A DNA stretch of 63,823 nt, filler included. It is 5 parts of 5 records of this genome, joined end to end, with 100 filler letters (N's around TTAATTAATTAA, not from the genome) between each part and the next. Parts side by side here need not be neighbours in the genome. Positions count along the whole stretch, not along the records: positions 20,633 to 40,062 come from DRR378314_1345; 4 more parts are not named here. One strand, given 5' to 3'. Positions 22,284 to 34,929 of this stretch are shown here, piece by piece. The first letter of the stretch is position 1; each line of letters starts with the position of its first letter. A program made the position numbers and the translations under genes. The notes under the pieces are model-generated. The model saw nothing but the letters and a program-made list of their open reading frames with translations. It searched no databases and had not been told where the DNA came from.

Positions 22284-24611
22284 GTGCATGCCAAGGGGAC
22301 CTCTTTGCCCGACACCCAAACCCAGCGACCGAAGCGCTCAAAGCAGTTAAGCGGTGCTGCGCGTCAGGCCCGTTGGACCCTGGCGATCTGCCTGTTTCTG
22401 GCGGCACTGGCACTTGTTGCCCCTTACCGGATGTTAAGCCTTGGCCTGATCTCCTCCTCTGTGACCCTGTTGGTTCTGGGGGGGCTGGTCTGGGCCCGCA
22501 AACGCCGTGCGCTACGCAAACAAAATGCCGAACTGGCGGTGATTGAAGGGTTCATACGGCGCGACGCCACGCCAAGCTTTGTGGCGAATGCAGATGGCCA
22601 GATCCGGTCTGCCAATCCAGCGGCGCATCAACAGTTCGAGATTGACGGGTTTAAGACATTGGCGGGGGTGCTGAAATCCTCTGTCGCCAATCCGGGCGGC
22701 ATTCTGTTCCGACTGCAATCCCGGGCGGTGGCAAGTGGCGCGGCACAGGAAGATATATTCACCCGCGCCGGGCATTTGCGCCTGTGCGTACATGTGGTGG
22801 CCGAAGATGCCTATGTCTGGCGGGTTGATCAGCAGGGCGAACGGGCACCACCGCGGGCGGCGCAGGAAGGGCAGCATCTGCCGATGGTCATGATTGGCCG
22901 CAGCGATGCCATCTTATTCATGAATGACGCGGCGCGGCGGTTGATTGGCAGCAGGGTCAAAGGGCTGGACCGGTTGTTCAACGTCCTGCCGGTGGTGCCG
23001 GGCATCCCCACTGACCTGATCACTTCAGACGGGCCGCAGCGGGTTCTGGTTGCAGAGGTAACAGCAGGCGCGGGGCGTCGGGCGCTGTATTTCCTGCCGG
23101 TGCCGGAACAAGCGGTTTCCGCGCAGGGCTGGCAGGCCTTTGAGGATCTTCCGGTGCCGCTGATCAAAGTGGCCCCGGATGGCAAGGTGAAGACCTTTAA
23201 CCGGATGGCGGCAAATCTGGTGGGGGTGGCCTTGGAAGATAATGTGCATCTTTCCAATCTTATGGAAGGTTTGGGACGTTCCATTGCGGATTGGATCAAT
23301 GAAACGCTGGCCTTCCGCAAGGTACAGAAATCAGAGTTCTTGCGGCTGAAGCGGACAGACCGAGAAGTGTTTGTGCAGGTCGTTCTGAGCCATGTTATGG
23401 ATGAGGGCGAACCCTCCTTGGTTGCTGTTTTACATGATGCAACGGAGCTGAAAACACTGGAGGCGCAGTTTGTCCAAAGCCAGAAAATGCAGGCAATCGG
23501 GCAATTGGCCGGTGGTGTGGCGCATGATTTCAACAATTTGCTGACCGCCATATCTGGCCATTGTGATCTATTGCTTTTGCGCCGTGATCAGAGTGACCCG
23601 GATTACGGTGACCTGATCCAGATCAACCAGAATGCCAACCGTGCTGCCTCACTGGTCGGGCAATTGTTGGCCTTTTCCCGCAAACAGACGCTGCGGCTTG
23701 AAACCATTGATATGCGGGATACTTTGGCGGATTTGACGCATTTGCTCAACCGTCTGGTGGGGGAGAAAATCACCCTCACGCTGACCCATGATCCGGTATT
23801 GAAACCGGTGCGGGCGGACAAGCGGCAGCTGGAACAGGTGTTGATGAACCTTGTCGTCAACGCCCGTGATTCAATGCCCGCGGGCGGGGAAATTCGCGTC
23901 ACAACGGAATATATCGAGCTGAAGGAACCACTGGACCGGGACCGCGCATCGGTCCCCCCCGGCCAGTATGTCACGGTGCAGGTCAGTGATGATGGGGCGG
24001 GGATTGCCCCGGACAAGCTGCAAAAGGTGTTTGAGCCATTCTATACCACCAAACGCACCGGCGAGGGCACTGGATTGGGCCTGTCGACCGCCTACGGGAT
24101 CATCAAACAAAGCAATGGCTATATCTTTGTCGATTCTGTGGTGGATAAGGGCACAACCTTCATTCTTTACCTGCCGGTCTATGTCACGCAGCCGGCCAAG
24201 ACCCAAAAGGTGCCGGACAAGGTGATGGCAACGCCGCAGCAAAGTGAGGAGGGGGTCATCCTGCTGGTTGAGGATGAAGCCCCGGTGCGTGCCTTTGCCA
24301 GCCGTGCATTGCGGTTGCGGGGATATACGGTGTTGGAGGCGGATTCCGCCGAGGCGGCATTGAAAACGCTTGAGGATCAGTCGCTTAGCATAGATGTTTT
24401 TGTGACCGACGTGGTGATGCCCGGCATGGACGGTCCAAGCTGGGTGCGCGAGGCGCTGAAAATCCGGCCTGACGTGCGGGTGGTGTTTGTCTCTGGCTAC
24501 GCCGAAGACAGCTTTGGCGAAGAACAGACCCGCATCCCGAATTCGGTCTTCCTGCCCAAGCCGTTTTCACTAAGTGATCTGACCGAAACCGTGCAAAGCC
24601 AACTGCATTAA
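22284..24611 (+). CDS. cckA: Hybrid sensor histidine kinase CckA (2 TM, PAS, HisKA, HATPase, REC)
   Basis: QSQKMQAIGQLAGGVAHDFNNLL H-box, EPFYTTK..GEGTGLGL, receiver LVEDE...TDVVMPGMDG; location next to recA fits Rhodobacterales synteny. Confidence 0.9.
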   Translation: MHAKGTSLPDTQTQRPKRSKQLSGAARQARWTLAICLFLAALALVAPYRMLSLGLISSSVTLLVLGGLVWARKRRALRKQNAELAVIEGFIRRDATPSFVANADGQIRSANPAAHQQFEIDGFKTLAGVLKSSVANPGGILFRLQSRAVASGAAQEDIFTRAGHLRLCVHVVAEDAYVWRVDQQGERAPPRAAQEGQHLPMVMIGRSDAILFMNDAARRLIGSRVKGLDRLFNVLPVVPGIPTDLITSDGPQRVLVAEVTAGAGRRALYFLPVPEQAVSAQGWQAFEDLPVPLIKVAPDGKVKTFNRMAANLVGVALEDNVHLSNLMEGLGRSIADWINETLAFRKVQKSEFLRLKRTDREVFVQVVLSHVMDEGEPSLVAVLHDATELKTLEAQFVQSQKMQAIGQLAGGVAHDFNNLLTAISGHCDLLLLRRDQSDPDYGDLIQINQNANRAASLVGQLLAFSRKQTLRLETIDMRDTLADLTHLLNRLVGEKITLTLTHDPVLKPVRADKRQLEQVLMNLVVNARDSMPAGGEIRVTTEYIELKEPLDRDRASVPPGQYVTVQVSDDGAGIAPDKLQKVFEPFYTTKRTGEGTGLGLSTAYGIIKQSNGYIFVDSVVDKGTTFILYLPVYVTQPAKTQKVPDKVMATPQQSEEGVILLVEDEAPVRAFASRALRLRGYTVLEADSAEAALKTLEDQSLSIDVFVTDVVMPGMDGPSWVREALKIRPDVRVVFVSGYAEDSFGEEQTRIPNSVFLPKPFSLSDLTETVQSQLH

Positions 24612-24612
24612 T

Positions 24613-25206
24613 TCAGGGGATCGAGGCATATAGATCAAACTCTTCTGCACATTTCTTTTTGAAACGCCGCGCCACGTCATCCGAAAGGGCCAGCGCCATC
24701 TTTGGGGATACGTTTTCCTGTTTCAGGATCAATTCAACATTAAGTCGCTCTTCCAGAAAAGACCGCAGCCGGGGTTGATCCTCATAGCGGAAAAAATGCG
24801 TGACGCCGGTGCCGTTTGGCTGGGTCTTCATGAACTGGAACTGGCTGCCGACATCCGCAAAACCCGGTTTCTTGCCTTTCATATAGGCCAGCACAAAATC
24901 GTCAAAGCTGACACCATGGGTGCTGTTGGGTTTGCCCTCCATAAACGGGCGTTGGCGATACCTGTACCAGCTGCCGAGCCATGATATAGGTTCGCGCATC
25001 ACGGCCATCACTTCCAGCTCGGTATTACACACCCGTTCAAACATCGGTCGGATGAAGCGGTTGTAGCGATAGACAGGCGCGTGTTTCAGCATGGGTGGTT
25101 CGGAAATCACCATATCCGCGCGCGCTGCCAATGCGGTCTCATAGGCGGTTGTGCCTGTCTTGGGCACCGATAGAAACGCAAGGCGTTCCTTATAGAAAAC
25201 AAGCAT
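24613..25206 (-). CDS. Sulfotransferase-like (family 2) conserved protein
   Basis: AFLSVPKTGTT (5'-PSB-like) and MREPISWLGSWY (3'-PB-like) motifs. Confidence 0.7.
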   Translation of the reverse strand: MLVFYKERLAFLSVPKTGTTAYETALAARADMVISEPPMLKHAPVYRYNRFIRPMFERVCNTELEVMAVMREPISWLGSWYRYRQRPFMEGKPNSTHGVSFDDFVLAYMKGKKPGFADVGSQFQFMKTQPNGTGVTHFFRYEDQPRLRSFLEERLNVELILKQENVSPKMALALSDDVARRFKKKCAEEFDLYASIP

Positions 25207-25249
25207 TTGAGGGCCCCGCCAATAGAAACTGCACCTGTCAGGTCTAGCG

Positions 25250-25265
25250 TAAACGACTTTTTAAC
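25250..25265 (+). promoter_or_regulatory. Near-consensus CtrA box in the recA divergent intergenic region
   Basis: TAAA-cgacttt-TTAAC, one mismatch to TTAA-N7-TTAAC. Confidence 0.45.
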
Positions 25266-25307
25266 CAAAGAGGGAAAAAGATGGCTGTAGAAGAATTATG
25301 TTGAAAT

Positions 25308-25344
25308 GTTCTCGCTTTGGTCTCATATGGAACATTAGCAGAAC
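25308..25344 (+). promoter_or_regulatory. Alphaproteobacterial LexA (SOS) boxes upstream of recA
   Basis: Exact GAAC-attagca-GAAC at 25330-25344 plus degenerate GTTC-tcgcttt-GGTC at 25308-25322. Confidence 0.85.
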
Positions 25345-25408
25345 ATATGACAGTGGACGGTGAGAGATTGCCGATGCCACAACACTATGACACTAAGGGA
25401 ACAGGCAC

Positions 25409-26479
25409 ATGGCAACGGCAGATCTTTTGACAATGACAGATAAAAAAACAGCGGAAAAGCAAAAGGCGCTCGATAGCGCGCTGGCGCAGATTGAGCGGCA
25501 ATTCGGCAAGGGGTCGATCATGAAACTGGGCTCCGAAGGGGCCATTCAGGACATCAAGGCCAGCTCGACCGGGTCACTTGGCCTGGACATCGCGCTGGGT
25601 ATTGGCGGTTTGCCAATGGGCCGGATCATCGAGATCTACGGGCCGGAATCCTCTGGTAAAACAACGCTGACGCTGCATTGCATCGCAGAACAGCAAAAGG
25701 CCGGTGGCGTTTGCGCCTTTGTGGATGCGGAACATGCGCTTGATCCGCAATATGCCAGAAAGTTGGGCATCGATATTGATGAATTGCTGATCTCGCAGCC
25801 CGATACGGGTGAACAGGCCTTGGAAATCACCGATACGCTGGTGCGTTCCGGTGCGGTGAACATGGTGGTTGTCGATTCGGTTGCGGCCCTGACGCCCAAG
25901 TCTGAACTCGAGGGCGACATGGGCGACAGCTCTGTTGGCGTGCAGGCCCGTTTGATGAGTCAGGCGATGCGCAAATTGACCGGCTCCATCTCGCGGTCAA
26001 ACTGCATGGTGATTTTCATCAACCAGATCAGGATGAAGATCGGCGTTATGTTCGGCTCTCCCGAGACGACATCAGGCGGCAACGCGCTGAAGTTCTACTC
26101 TTCCGTTCGTTTGGACATCCGACGCATCGGCGCGCTCAAGGATCGTGACGAGGTTGTCGGCAACGCCACACGGGTCAAGATTGTAAAAAACAAAGTGGCC
26201 GCCCCGTTCAAACAGGTTGAATTCGACATCATGTATGGCGAAGGCATTTCCAAGATGGGCGAGCTGTTGGATCTTGGTGTCAAAGTGGGCGTCGTGGATA
26301 AATCCGGATCGTGGTTCTCTTACGGGGACGAACGGATCGGGCAGGGGCGTGAGAATGCCAAACAGTTCCTGAAAGACAATGAAGCCATGGCGATGGACAT
26401 CGAGGATAAGATCCGCGCGGCGCATGGGCTGGATTTCGACGGGTCTGACAAGGATGACGCGGATATTCTGGAGGCCTAG
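25409..26479 (+). CDS. recA: Recombinase A
   Basis: [45 protein letters not shown]. Confidence 0.99.
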   Translation: MATADLLTMTDKKTAEKQKALDSALAQIERQFGKGSIMKLGSEGAIQDIKASSTGSLGLDIALGIGGLPMGRIIEIYGPESSGKTTLTLHCIAEQQKAGGVCAFVDAEHALDPQYARKLGIDIDELLISQPDTGEQALEITDTLVRSGAVNMVVVDSVAALTPKSELEGDMGDSSVGVQARLMSQAMRKLTGSISRSNCMVIFINQIRMKIGVMFGSPETTSGGNALKFYSSVRLDIRRIGALKDRDEVVGNATRVKIVKNKVAAPFKQVEFDIMYGEGISKMGELLDLGVKVGVVDKSGSWFSYGDERIGQGRENAKQFLKDNEAMAMDIEDKIRAAHGLDFDGSDKDDADILEA

Positions 26480-26644
26480 ATCCCGGTTGAATTCGGTCCG
26501 GCGGATCCATCTGATTGGCGTCGGTTAAGATTTGGGAAGGGGCGGGTCGAATTGACCTGTCCCTTTTCGCGTTCTGGGCTGTGGACACCCCATGCGCACA
26601 GGGCTATTTCTGGCAAACCGTAATCCCGCCCGGAAGGCCAGCCC

Positions 26645-29302
26645 ATGAAGACCCTGAACGAAATCCGCTCCACTTTCCTGTCCTATTTTGACAAGAACGG
26701 GCATGCCGTGGTGCCTTCCAGCCCGCTGGTGCCCCGCAATGATCCGACCTTGATGTTCACCGCGGCGGGGATGGTCCAGTTTAAGAACCTGTTCACCGGT
26801 GTTGAAACCCGCGACTATACCCGCGCGGCCACAGCCCAGAAATGCGTCCGCGCCGGTGGCAAACACAATGATCTGGACAATGTCGGCTATACCGCGCGTC
26901 ACCATACGTTTTTCGAAATGTTGGGGAATTTCAGCTTTGGCGATTACTTCAAATCCGAGGCTATTCCGCTGGCCTGGGATTTGCTGACCAAAGGGTTTGG
27001 CATCGACGAAAGCAAGCTATTGGTGACGGTCTATCACACCGATGATGAAGCCGTGGAAATCTGGAAAAAACACGCGGGCCTCAGCGATGACCGGATCATC
27101 CGCATTGCCACGGATGACAATTTCTGGTCTGCGGGTCCAACTGGCCCCTGCGGTCCCTGTACCGAAATTTTCTATGATCACGGCGATCACATCTGGGGCG
27201 GCCCTCCCGGATCGCCAGAAGAAGACGGTGACCGGTTTGTCGAAATCTGGAACCTTGTGTTCATGCAGTATGAGCAGCTGGAAGATGGCACACGGCGCGA
27301 TTTGCCGAACCAGTCGATCGACACCGGTATGGGCATCGAACGTGTTGCCGCCCTGTTGCAGGGCACCAATGATAACTATGCCACTGACCTGATGCGCAGC
27401 CTGATCGAAGCCTCTGCCGATGCCTCTAACACAGATCCTGACGGGCCGGGCAAAACCCATCACCGTGTGATTGCGGATCACCTGCGCTCCACATCGTTTC
27501 TGATTGCAGACGGGGTGATGCCGTCAAATGACGGGCGCGGCTATGTGCTGCGCCGGATCATGCGTCGGGCGATGCGCCATGCGCATTTGCTGGGGGTGCA
27601 GGATCCACTGATGCACAAACTGGTGCCTTCGCTGGTGGGTCAAATGGGGGCGGCCTATCCTGAACTGGGACAGGCGCAATCATTGATCACAGAGACGCTT
27701 CATCAGGAAGAAACCCGCTTTAAACAAACCCTTGAGCGGGGGCTGCGCCTGCTTGAGGATGAGGTGTCCGGCCTGCCAGAAGGCGCCAATCTGCCCGGAC
27801 AGGCGGCGTTCAAGCTTTATGATACCTTTGGTTTCCCACTTGATCTGACACAGGATGCCCTGCGCGAAAAAGGTCTGGCGGTGGACACCGACGGGTTTGA
27901 TGCGGCCATGGCGGAACAAAAGGCCAAGGCCCGCGCGGCTTGGTCCGGTTCGGGCGAGGCGGCTGATGCGGCGGTCTGGTTTGATGTGGCCGACAAACAT
28001 GGCGTCACTGATTTTCTGGGCTATGACACGGAAACCGCTGAGGGGCAGATTGTTGGCGTGGTCAAGGACGGTGGATTGGTCGAGGCCGCCGAAACCGGTG
28101 ATACGGTGCAAATCGCGCTGAACCAGACGCCATTTTACGCCGAATCCGGTGGCCAGGTTGGCGACACTGGCAGCATCCGCACGGATGGCGGTGTGATCAC
28201 CGTGACCGACACGCGCAAAGCGGCAGATGTTTTCATTCACTTCGGAACGGTATCCGAAGGGACAATCAAACAAGGACAGGCGGCTGTATTGACCGTTGAT
28301 CATGCCCGCCGGACCGCGATTCGCGCCAATCACTCGGCAACCCACTTGTTGCACGAGGCCCTGCGCGGGGCGCTTGGCGATCATGTCGCGCAACGCGGTT
28401 CGCTGAACGCCGCGGATCGGCTGCGGTTCGATTTCAGCCACAACAAAGCCCTGAGCGTCGAGGAGCTGCGTCAGATCGAGCGGGAGGTGAACGACTACGT
28501 GCGTCAGAACACCGCCGTGGAAACCCGCCTCATGACGCCTGATGATGCCCGCGCCTTGGGTGCGCAGGCCTTGTTTGGCGAGAAATACGGCGATGAGGTG
28601 CGTGTGGTGTCGATGGGCCGTGAAGAGGGGTCGGGCAAGGGCACGGATAAGAATACCTATTCGCTGGAGCTTTGCGGCGGCACCCATGTGCGCCAGACCG
28701 GTGACATCGGCGCCTTCGTCTTGCTGGGTGACAGCGCCAGCAGCGCCGGTGTGCGCCGGATCGAGGCCCTGACCGGTGCTGAGGCGCTGACATGGCTGCG
28801 CGATCAGCAAACCGCGCTGGCGGGTATTGCCGAAGGGTTGAAAACCTCAACCGCTGATGTGCCAGAGCGGGTCAGATCGCTGATGGAGGAACGCAAGAGC
28901 CTGAGCAATGAAGTCGCGCAGCTGCGGCGCGAATTGGCGATGTCCGGCGGTGGCGCTGCCGCTCCTGAAGCCATCGAGGTGAACGGCGTAAAGTTCATGG
29001 CACAGGTGCTACAGGGGGTGACGGGCAAGGACCTGCCGGCATTGGTTGATGAATTCAAGGCAAGCCTCGGAACCGGGGCGGTGTTGCTGATCGCTGATAC
29101 CGGTGGCAAAGCGGCTGTGGCCGGTGGTGTCACGGCTGATCTGACCGATAGGGTTTCTGCTGTTGATCTGGTCAAGGCGGCAGTTGTCGAATTGGGTGGG
29201 AAAGGCGGCGGTGGCCGTGCTGATATGGCGCAGGGCGGCGGTGCCAGCGCAGAAAACGCGGAAGCCGCCATCGCGGCGGCAACCGCCATTTTGAAAGGAT
29301 AA
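26645..29302 (+). CDS. alaS: Alanine--tRNA ligase
   Basis: [48 protein letters not shown]. Confidence 0.99.
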   Translation: MKTLNEIRSTFLSYFDKNGHAVVPSSPLVPRNDPTLMFTAAGMVQFKNLFTGVETRDYTRAATAQKCVRAGGKHNDLDNVGYTARHHTFFEMLGNFSFGDYFKSEAIPLAWDLLTKGFGIDESKLLVTVYHTDDEAVEIWKKHAGLSDDRIIRIATDDNFWSAGPTGPCGPCTEIFYDHGDHIWGGPPGSPEEDGDRFVEIWNLVFMQYEQLEDGTRRDLPNQSIDTGMGIERVAALLQGTNDNYATDLMRSLIEASADASNTDPDGPGKTHHRVIADHLRSTSFLIADGVMPSNDGRGYVLRRIMRRAMRHAHLLGVQDPLMHKLVPSLVGQMGAAYPELGQAQSLITETLHQEETRFKQTLERGLRLLEDEVSGLPEGANLPGQAAFKLYDTFGFPLDLTQDALREKGLAVDTDGFDAAMAEQKAKARAAWSGSGEAADAAVWFDVADKHGVTDFLGYDTETAEGQIVGVVKDGGLVEAAETGDTVQIALNQTPFYAESGGQVGDTGSIRTDGGVITVTDTRKAADVFIHFGTVSEGTIKQGQAAVLTVDHARRTAIRANHSATHLLHEALRGALGDHVAQRGSLNAADRLRFDFSHNKALSVEELRQIEREVNDYVRQNTAVETRLMTPDDARALGAQALFGEKYGDEVRVVSMGREEGSGKGTDKNTYSLELCGGTHVRQTGDIGAFVLLGDSASSAGVRRIEALTGAEALTWLRDQQTALAGIAEGLKTSTADVPERVRSLMEERKSLSNEVAQLRRELAMSGGGAAAPEAIEVNGVKFMAQVLQGVTGKDLPALVDEFKASLGTGAVLLIADTGGKAAVAGGVTADLTDRVSAVDLVKAAVVELGGKGGGGRADMAQGGGASAENAEAAIAAATAILKG

Positions 29303-29306
29303 GACC

Positions 29307-29594
29307 ATGGGCGCACTTTGGATTGCACATGTCACGGTGACGGATGAAGAGGCGTATAAGAAATACGCCGCTGGCGCGACTGTGGCGATTTCTGAGCACG
29401 GCGGCGAATTCATCGCGCGTGGCGGGCGGTTTGTACAACTGGAAGGTCGCGAACGCCCCCGCAATGTGGTTGCGCGTTTCCCGGACGTTGAAACCGCAGA
29501 AAAATGTTATCATTCAGATGCCTATCAAGCGGCGCTGGAACACGCCAAAGGCGCGTCCGAACGCGAATTGATGATCGTCGAGACATCCGAATAG
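29307..29594 (+). CDS. DUF1330 family protein
   Basis: HGGEFIARGG...LEG...RNVVARFP...YHSDAYQ pattern. Confidence 0.85.
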   Translation: MGALWIAHVTVTDEEAYKKYAAGATVAISEHGGEFIARGGRFVQLEGRERPRNVVARFPDVETAEKCYHSDAYQAALEHAKGASERELMIVETSE

Positions 29595-29597
29595 AAG

Positions 29598-29627
29598 AAA
29601 AGCCCCGAAGAAACTGCGGGGCTTTTT
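29598..29627. terminator. Bidirectional intrinsic terminator between the alaS operon and typA
   Basis: AAAAGCCCCG-loop-CGGGGCTTTT. Confidence 0.85.
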
Positions 29628-29683
29628 CATTTCTGATTTGTAGCGGGATGAGACGGAAAGCAACGGTTGCTTTCGACTTGCCC

Positions 29684-29733
29684 CTCTTTTTGGCTCTAAA
29701 TGCTGCGGAGGGTCCGGGAGGCAGAGCCTCCCG
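29684..29733 (+). repeat. Short palindromic repeat element (Rhodobacterales REP-like)
   Basis: ...TTGGCTCTAAAT...GGGTCCGGGAGGC-AGA-GCCTCCCG hairpin; a related inverted copy lies at 37110-37152. Confidence 0.5.
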
Positions 29734-29744
29734 AAATTCCGAGT

Positions 29745-31562
<1,818 letters not shown>

Positions 31563-31634
31563 GGGTTCAGCCTTGTTCAGGGAGTTGGGCGGGCCATACC
31601 GTGCAGGCGCAGCAAAGGCCAGATAAAAAGAAAG

Positions 31635-31970
31635 TTAATGTGTATTGCTGGCCGAAAAGAGGTGAATAATCAGGATTCCGCTGATGATCAGCGCCAATCC
31701 CAGCAGTGCCGGCATGTCCAGCTTTTGACCAAACAGTACAAATCCGATGCCTGCAATCAATACGATGCCCAGACCGGACCAGATGGCATAGACAATCCCG
31801 ACCGGCATCGCCCGCAGTGCAAAGGACATGCAGTAAAACGACAGCCCGTAAAAGACCACAACTGCCAGCGCCGGCCAGAACCGGGTAAACTGCTGTGAGG
31901 CCTGCAAGGCAGTGGTGCCCAGCGTTTCGGTCAGAATGGCAAAGAACAGCCAGATGTAATGGGCAGGCAT
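31635..31970 (-). CDS. SMR-family small multidrug efflux transporter
   Basis: Four TM helices, conserved TM1 Glu (AILTETLGT), PVGIVYAIWSGLG; start chosen at the ATG with an RBS. Confidence 0.92.
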   Translation of the reverse strand: MPAHYIWLFFAILTETLGTTALQASQQFTRFWPALAVVVFYGLSFYCMSFALRAMPVGIVYAIWSGLGIVLIAGIGFVLFGQKLDMPALLGLALIISGILIIHLFSASNTH

Positions 31971-31991
31971 GTCGCGTCCTTTCACGGGTCC

Positions 31992-32450
31992 TCAGAGGGG
32001 CAGGGCGGTGGTTTCCTTGATCTCTTCCATCACAAAACTGGCAGAGACATCAGACAGGGGCACCTTGGCAATCAGCCGTTGATATAACCGGTCATACCCT
32101 GCCATATCCGTGACCTGCGCGCGGATCAAGTAATCCAGATCACCCGACATGCGGTAAACGCCCATGATCTCTGGCATGCTTTTGGTGGCGGATGAAAACG
32201 CTTTTAACCAGTCAGCGGTATGCGAGCTGGTCCGCAGCTGGATGAACACGGTTAGTTTCAGGCCAAGGGCCTCGGCATCCAGAAGGGTCACGCGCCCTTT
32301 GATCACACCGGCCTTTTCCAGAGCACCAATCCGCCGCCAGCAGGCATTGCGCGACAGGCCCACCGTTTCGCCAATGGATTCGAGCGATTGCGCCGCATCG
32401 CGTTGCAGTTCGATCAGAATACGGCGGTCGATTGTGTCAATTTCTTTCAT
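31992..32450 (-). CDS. Lrp/AsnC-family regulator (DecR-like)
   Basis: IDRRILIELQRDA...VGLSRNACWRRI...YRMSGDLDYL...MEEIKETTALP. Confidence 0.92.
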   Translation of the reverse strand: MKEIDTIDRRILIELQRDAAQSLESIGETVGLSRNACWRRIGALEKAGVIKGRVTLLDAEALGLKLTVFIQLRTSSHTADWLKAFSSATKSMPEIMGVYRMSGDLDYLIRAQVTDMAGYDRLYQRLIAKVPLSDVSASFVMEEIKETTALPL

Positions 32451-32567
32451 AGTTCTACTTTGGTGAGATATTTTCTCTTCTGCAAGGCATATCACGTGAT
32501 CTTTGGGAAAATTTCACCTCCATTTTTTAACATACTGACCCAAATCAGATAGCCACGGAGAGCCCCC

Positions 32568-32771
32568 ATGATTGCCCGTATTTTCCTTGATCACCCTGCC
32601 AAAGTTGACGAAACATTCTTTGAGCATATGGCCTTTGCACTCAAATTTTCGGGGTTGTTGTTTGTGGCGGCTGGTGCGGCGCTGGTGCATGCCTTTGTGC
32701 CATGTCTTTGTGAAAAAACCGCAAGCGGGATTATCAAGACATTGTATGAACGCACCCATAACCGGGGCTAA
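32568..32771 (+). CDS. DUF6356-type small membrane protein
   Basis: FLDHPAKVDETFFEHMAFA...LVHAFVP...EKTAS. Confidence 0.8.
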   Translation: MIARIFLDHPAKVDETFFEHMAFALKFSGLLFVAAGAALVHAFVPCLCEKTASGIIKTLYERTHNRG

Positions 32772-32777
32772 GCCAGC

Positions 32778-33587
32778 ATGTGCAGATGGGCGGCGTGGCA
32801 AGGCGCGCCGATATTCGCAAGTGAGATATTGACCGCACCGGATCATTCCCTGATCCATCAGTCCCGCGACGCCAGCGAGTGTAAAACCGCGATCAACGCC
32901 GATGGGTTTGGTCTGGCGTGGTATGACAAACGCCCGACACCGGGGCTGTATCGGGATGTGCATCCGGCATGGTCCGATCCAAACCTGAAATCGCTGGCTG
33001 AACAGGTGCAGGCGCGGCTGTTTATGGCGCATGTGCGGGCCTCCACCGGCACGGCGACCAGCCGTAATAACTGCCATCCTTTTGTGCAGGGCAGTTGGAC
33101 TTTCATGCACAATGGTCAGGTGGGCGGCTTCGAACATTTGCGCAAAGCCGCTGATATGTTGATCCCAGATGAGCTTTACCCCAACCGCAAAGGGGCAACA
33201 GACAGCGAGGCGCTGTTTCTGGTGGCCTGCGGTTTCGGTTTGGAGCAATGTGCGAAAACCGCGTTGGAACATACTGTTGCGCTGTTTGAAGATATGGCGC
33301 GGGGCGTGAACAGCACCCCGCATATGCGCATGGCAGCAGCCTTGTCGGATGGGGATACGCTTTATGCGGTGCGCTATGCCTCTGATGACCGGGCGCCGTC
33401 ACTATATTATCAGTGGAACGCCCAATGGGCCGGGTGGTCGGTGGTTTCGGAGCCATACGAAACCGACTGTGGTGGCTGGAAAGAGGTGCCCAAAGGCAGT
33501 TTTTGCCGGTTTACGCCCACAGAGGTCGAGATCACGCCGTTTGTGCCACAGCTGCGTCACGCCGCGATCCAGCTGGCCGGGGAATGA
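32778..33587 (+). CDS. Class II glutamine amidotransferase (EgtC/Dug3/YafJ-like Ntn hydrolase)
   Basis: N-terminal Cys (MCR), NADGFGLAWY, AHVRAST, NCHPF, MHNG, TDSE, VSEP. Confidence 0.92.
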   Translation: MCRWAAWQGAPIFASEILTAPDHSLIHQSRDASECKTAINADGFGLAWYDKRPTPGLYRDVHPAWSDPNLKSLAEQVQARLFMAHVRASTGTATSRNNCHPFVQGSWTFMHNGQVGGFEHLRKAADMLIPDELYPNRKGATDSEALFLVACGFGLEQCAKTALEHTVALFEDMARGVNSTPHMRMAAALSDGDTLYAVRYASDDRAPSLYYQWNAQWAGWSVVSEPYETDCGGWKEVPKGSFCRFTPTEVEITPFVPQLRHAAIQLAGE

Positions 33588-33589
33588 AA

Positions 33590-33611
33590 AGGGCCGCATC
33601 GCTGCGGCCCT
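33590..33611. terminator. Hairpin terminator between convergent GATase and icd
   Basis: AGGGCCGCA-tcgc-TGCGGCCCT preceded by an A-tract (U-tract on the minus strand). Confidence 0.75.
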
Positions 33612-33619
33612 GTCTATCC

Positions 33620-34834
33620 TTAACCTGCGAGTGCCTTGTTCAGGTTTTCATCGACCTTCTCAAGGAAGCCCATGGTGGTCAGCCAGCCCTGATCGGGACC
33701 CACCAAAAGCGCGAGGTCTTTGGTCATATGGCCACTTTCCACTGTGCCGATGACCACTTTTTCCAGCGTTTCGGCAAAGTTGATCAGCGCCGCATTCTCG
33801 TCCAGCTTGCCGCGGTGCTTTAACGCGCCTGTCCATGCATAGATGGAGGCGATGGAGTTGGTTGAGGTTTCTTCACCCTTTTGATGCTGGCGGTAATGGC
33901 GGGTTACGGTGCCATGGGCAGCTTCCGCCTCAACCGTTTTGCCATCCGGCGTCATCAGCACGGAGGTCATCAGGCCAAGCGAGCCAAAGCCCTGCGCCAC
34001 AGTATCGGATTGCACGTCCCCATCGTAGTTTTTACAGGCCCAGACATAACCGCCGTTCCATTTCATCGCACAGGCGACCATGTCGTCGATCAGGCGGTGC
34101 TGATAGGTGATGCCTGCCTCTTTGAATTTATCCTCAAATTCAGTCTCATAGATATGTTGGAACAGCTCCAGAAAGCGCCCGTCATATTGTTTGAGAATGG
34201 TATTCTTGGTGGACAGGTAGACCGGCCAACCTTTGGCCAGACCATAGTTCATCGAGGCGCGGGCAAAGTCGATGATGGATTTATCAAGGTTGTACATTGC
34301 CATGACCACACCGCTGTCAGGCGCGTCAAAGACTTCCTGCTCAATCTCGGTGCCGTCCTCGCCGACAAATTTGATCGTCAGCTTGCCCTTGCCGGGAAAT
34401 TTGAAATCGGTGGCGCGGTATTGATCGCCAAAGGCATGGCGACCCACGACGATGGGTTTTGTCCAGCCGGGCACAAGACGGGGAACGTTTTTACAAATGA
34501 TCGGCTCGCGGAAAATCACCCCGCCCAGAATGTTGCGGATGGTGCCATTGGGCGAACGCCACATCTTTTTCAGGCCAAATTCCTCAACCCGCGCTTCGTC
34601 CGGTGTGATGGTCGCACATTTGACGCCAACCCCGTATTTCTTGATCGCTTCCGCTGAATCAATGGTGATCTGATCATCGGTGTCATCACGGGCCTGAATG
34701 CCCAGATCGTAATATTTCAGATCAATGTCCAGATAGGGCAGGATCAGTTTTTTCTTGATGAAATCCCACATAATGCGGGTCATTTCATCGCCGTCGAGTT
34801 CAACAACGGGGTTCTCTACCTTGATCTTGGTCAT
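33620..34834 (-). CDS. icd: NADP-dependent isocitrate dehydrogenase
   Basis: [52 protein letters not shown]. Confidence 0.98.
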   Translation of the reverse strand: MTKIKVENPVVELDGDEMTRIMWDFIKKKLILPYLDIDLKYYDLGIQARDDTDDQITIDSAEAIKKYGVGVKCATITPDEARVEEFGLKKMWRSPNGTIRNILGGVIFREPIICKNVPRLVPGWTKPIVVGRHAFGDQYRATDFKFPGKGKLTIKFVGEDGTEIEQEVFDAPDSGVVMAMYNLDKSIIDFARASMNYGLAKGWPVYLSTKNTILKQYDGRFLELFQHIYETEFEDKFKEAGITYQHRLIDDMVACAMKWNGGYVWACKNYDGDVQSDTVAQGFGSLGLMTSVLMTPDGKTVEAEAAHGTVTRHYRQHQKGEETSTNSIASIYAWTGALKHRGKLDENAALINFAETLEKVVIGTVESGHMTKDLALLVGPDQGWLTTMGFLEKVDENLNKALAG

Positions 34835-34929
34835 GGGGATTCCTTTGGCTACGGGGGACGCTATGCACGCGATGTAGCTTATATAAGGTTAAAGGGAAAG
34901 TCCGTATACGACGGTATACAGTGTGTCGA

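Noticed and set aside
33620-34834. Eukaryote-like IDH sequence as HGT
   Set aside because: This NADP-IDH subtype is the normal form in many alphaproteobacteria.
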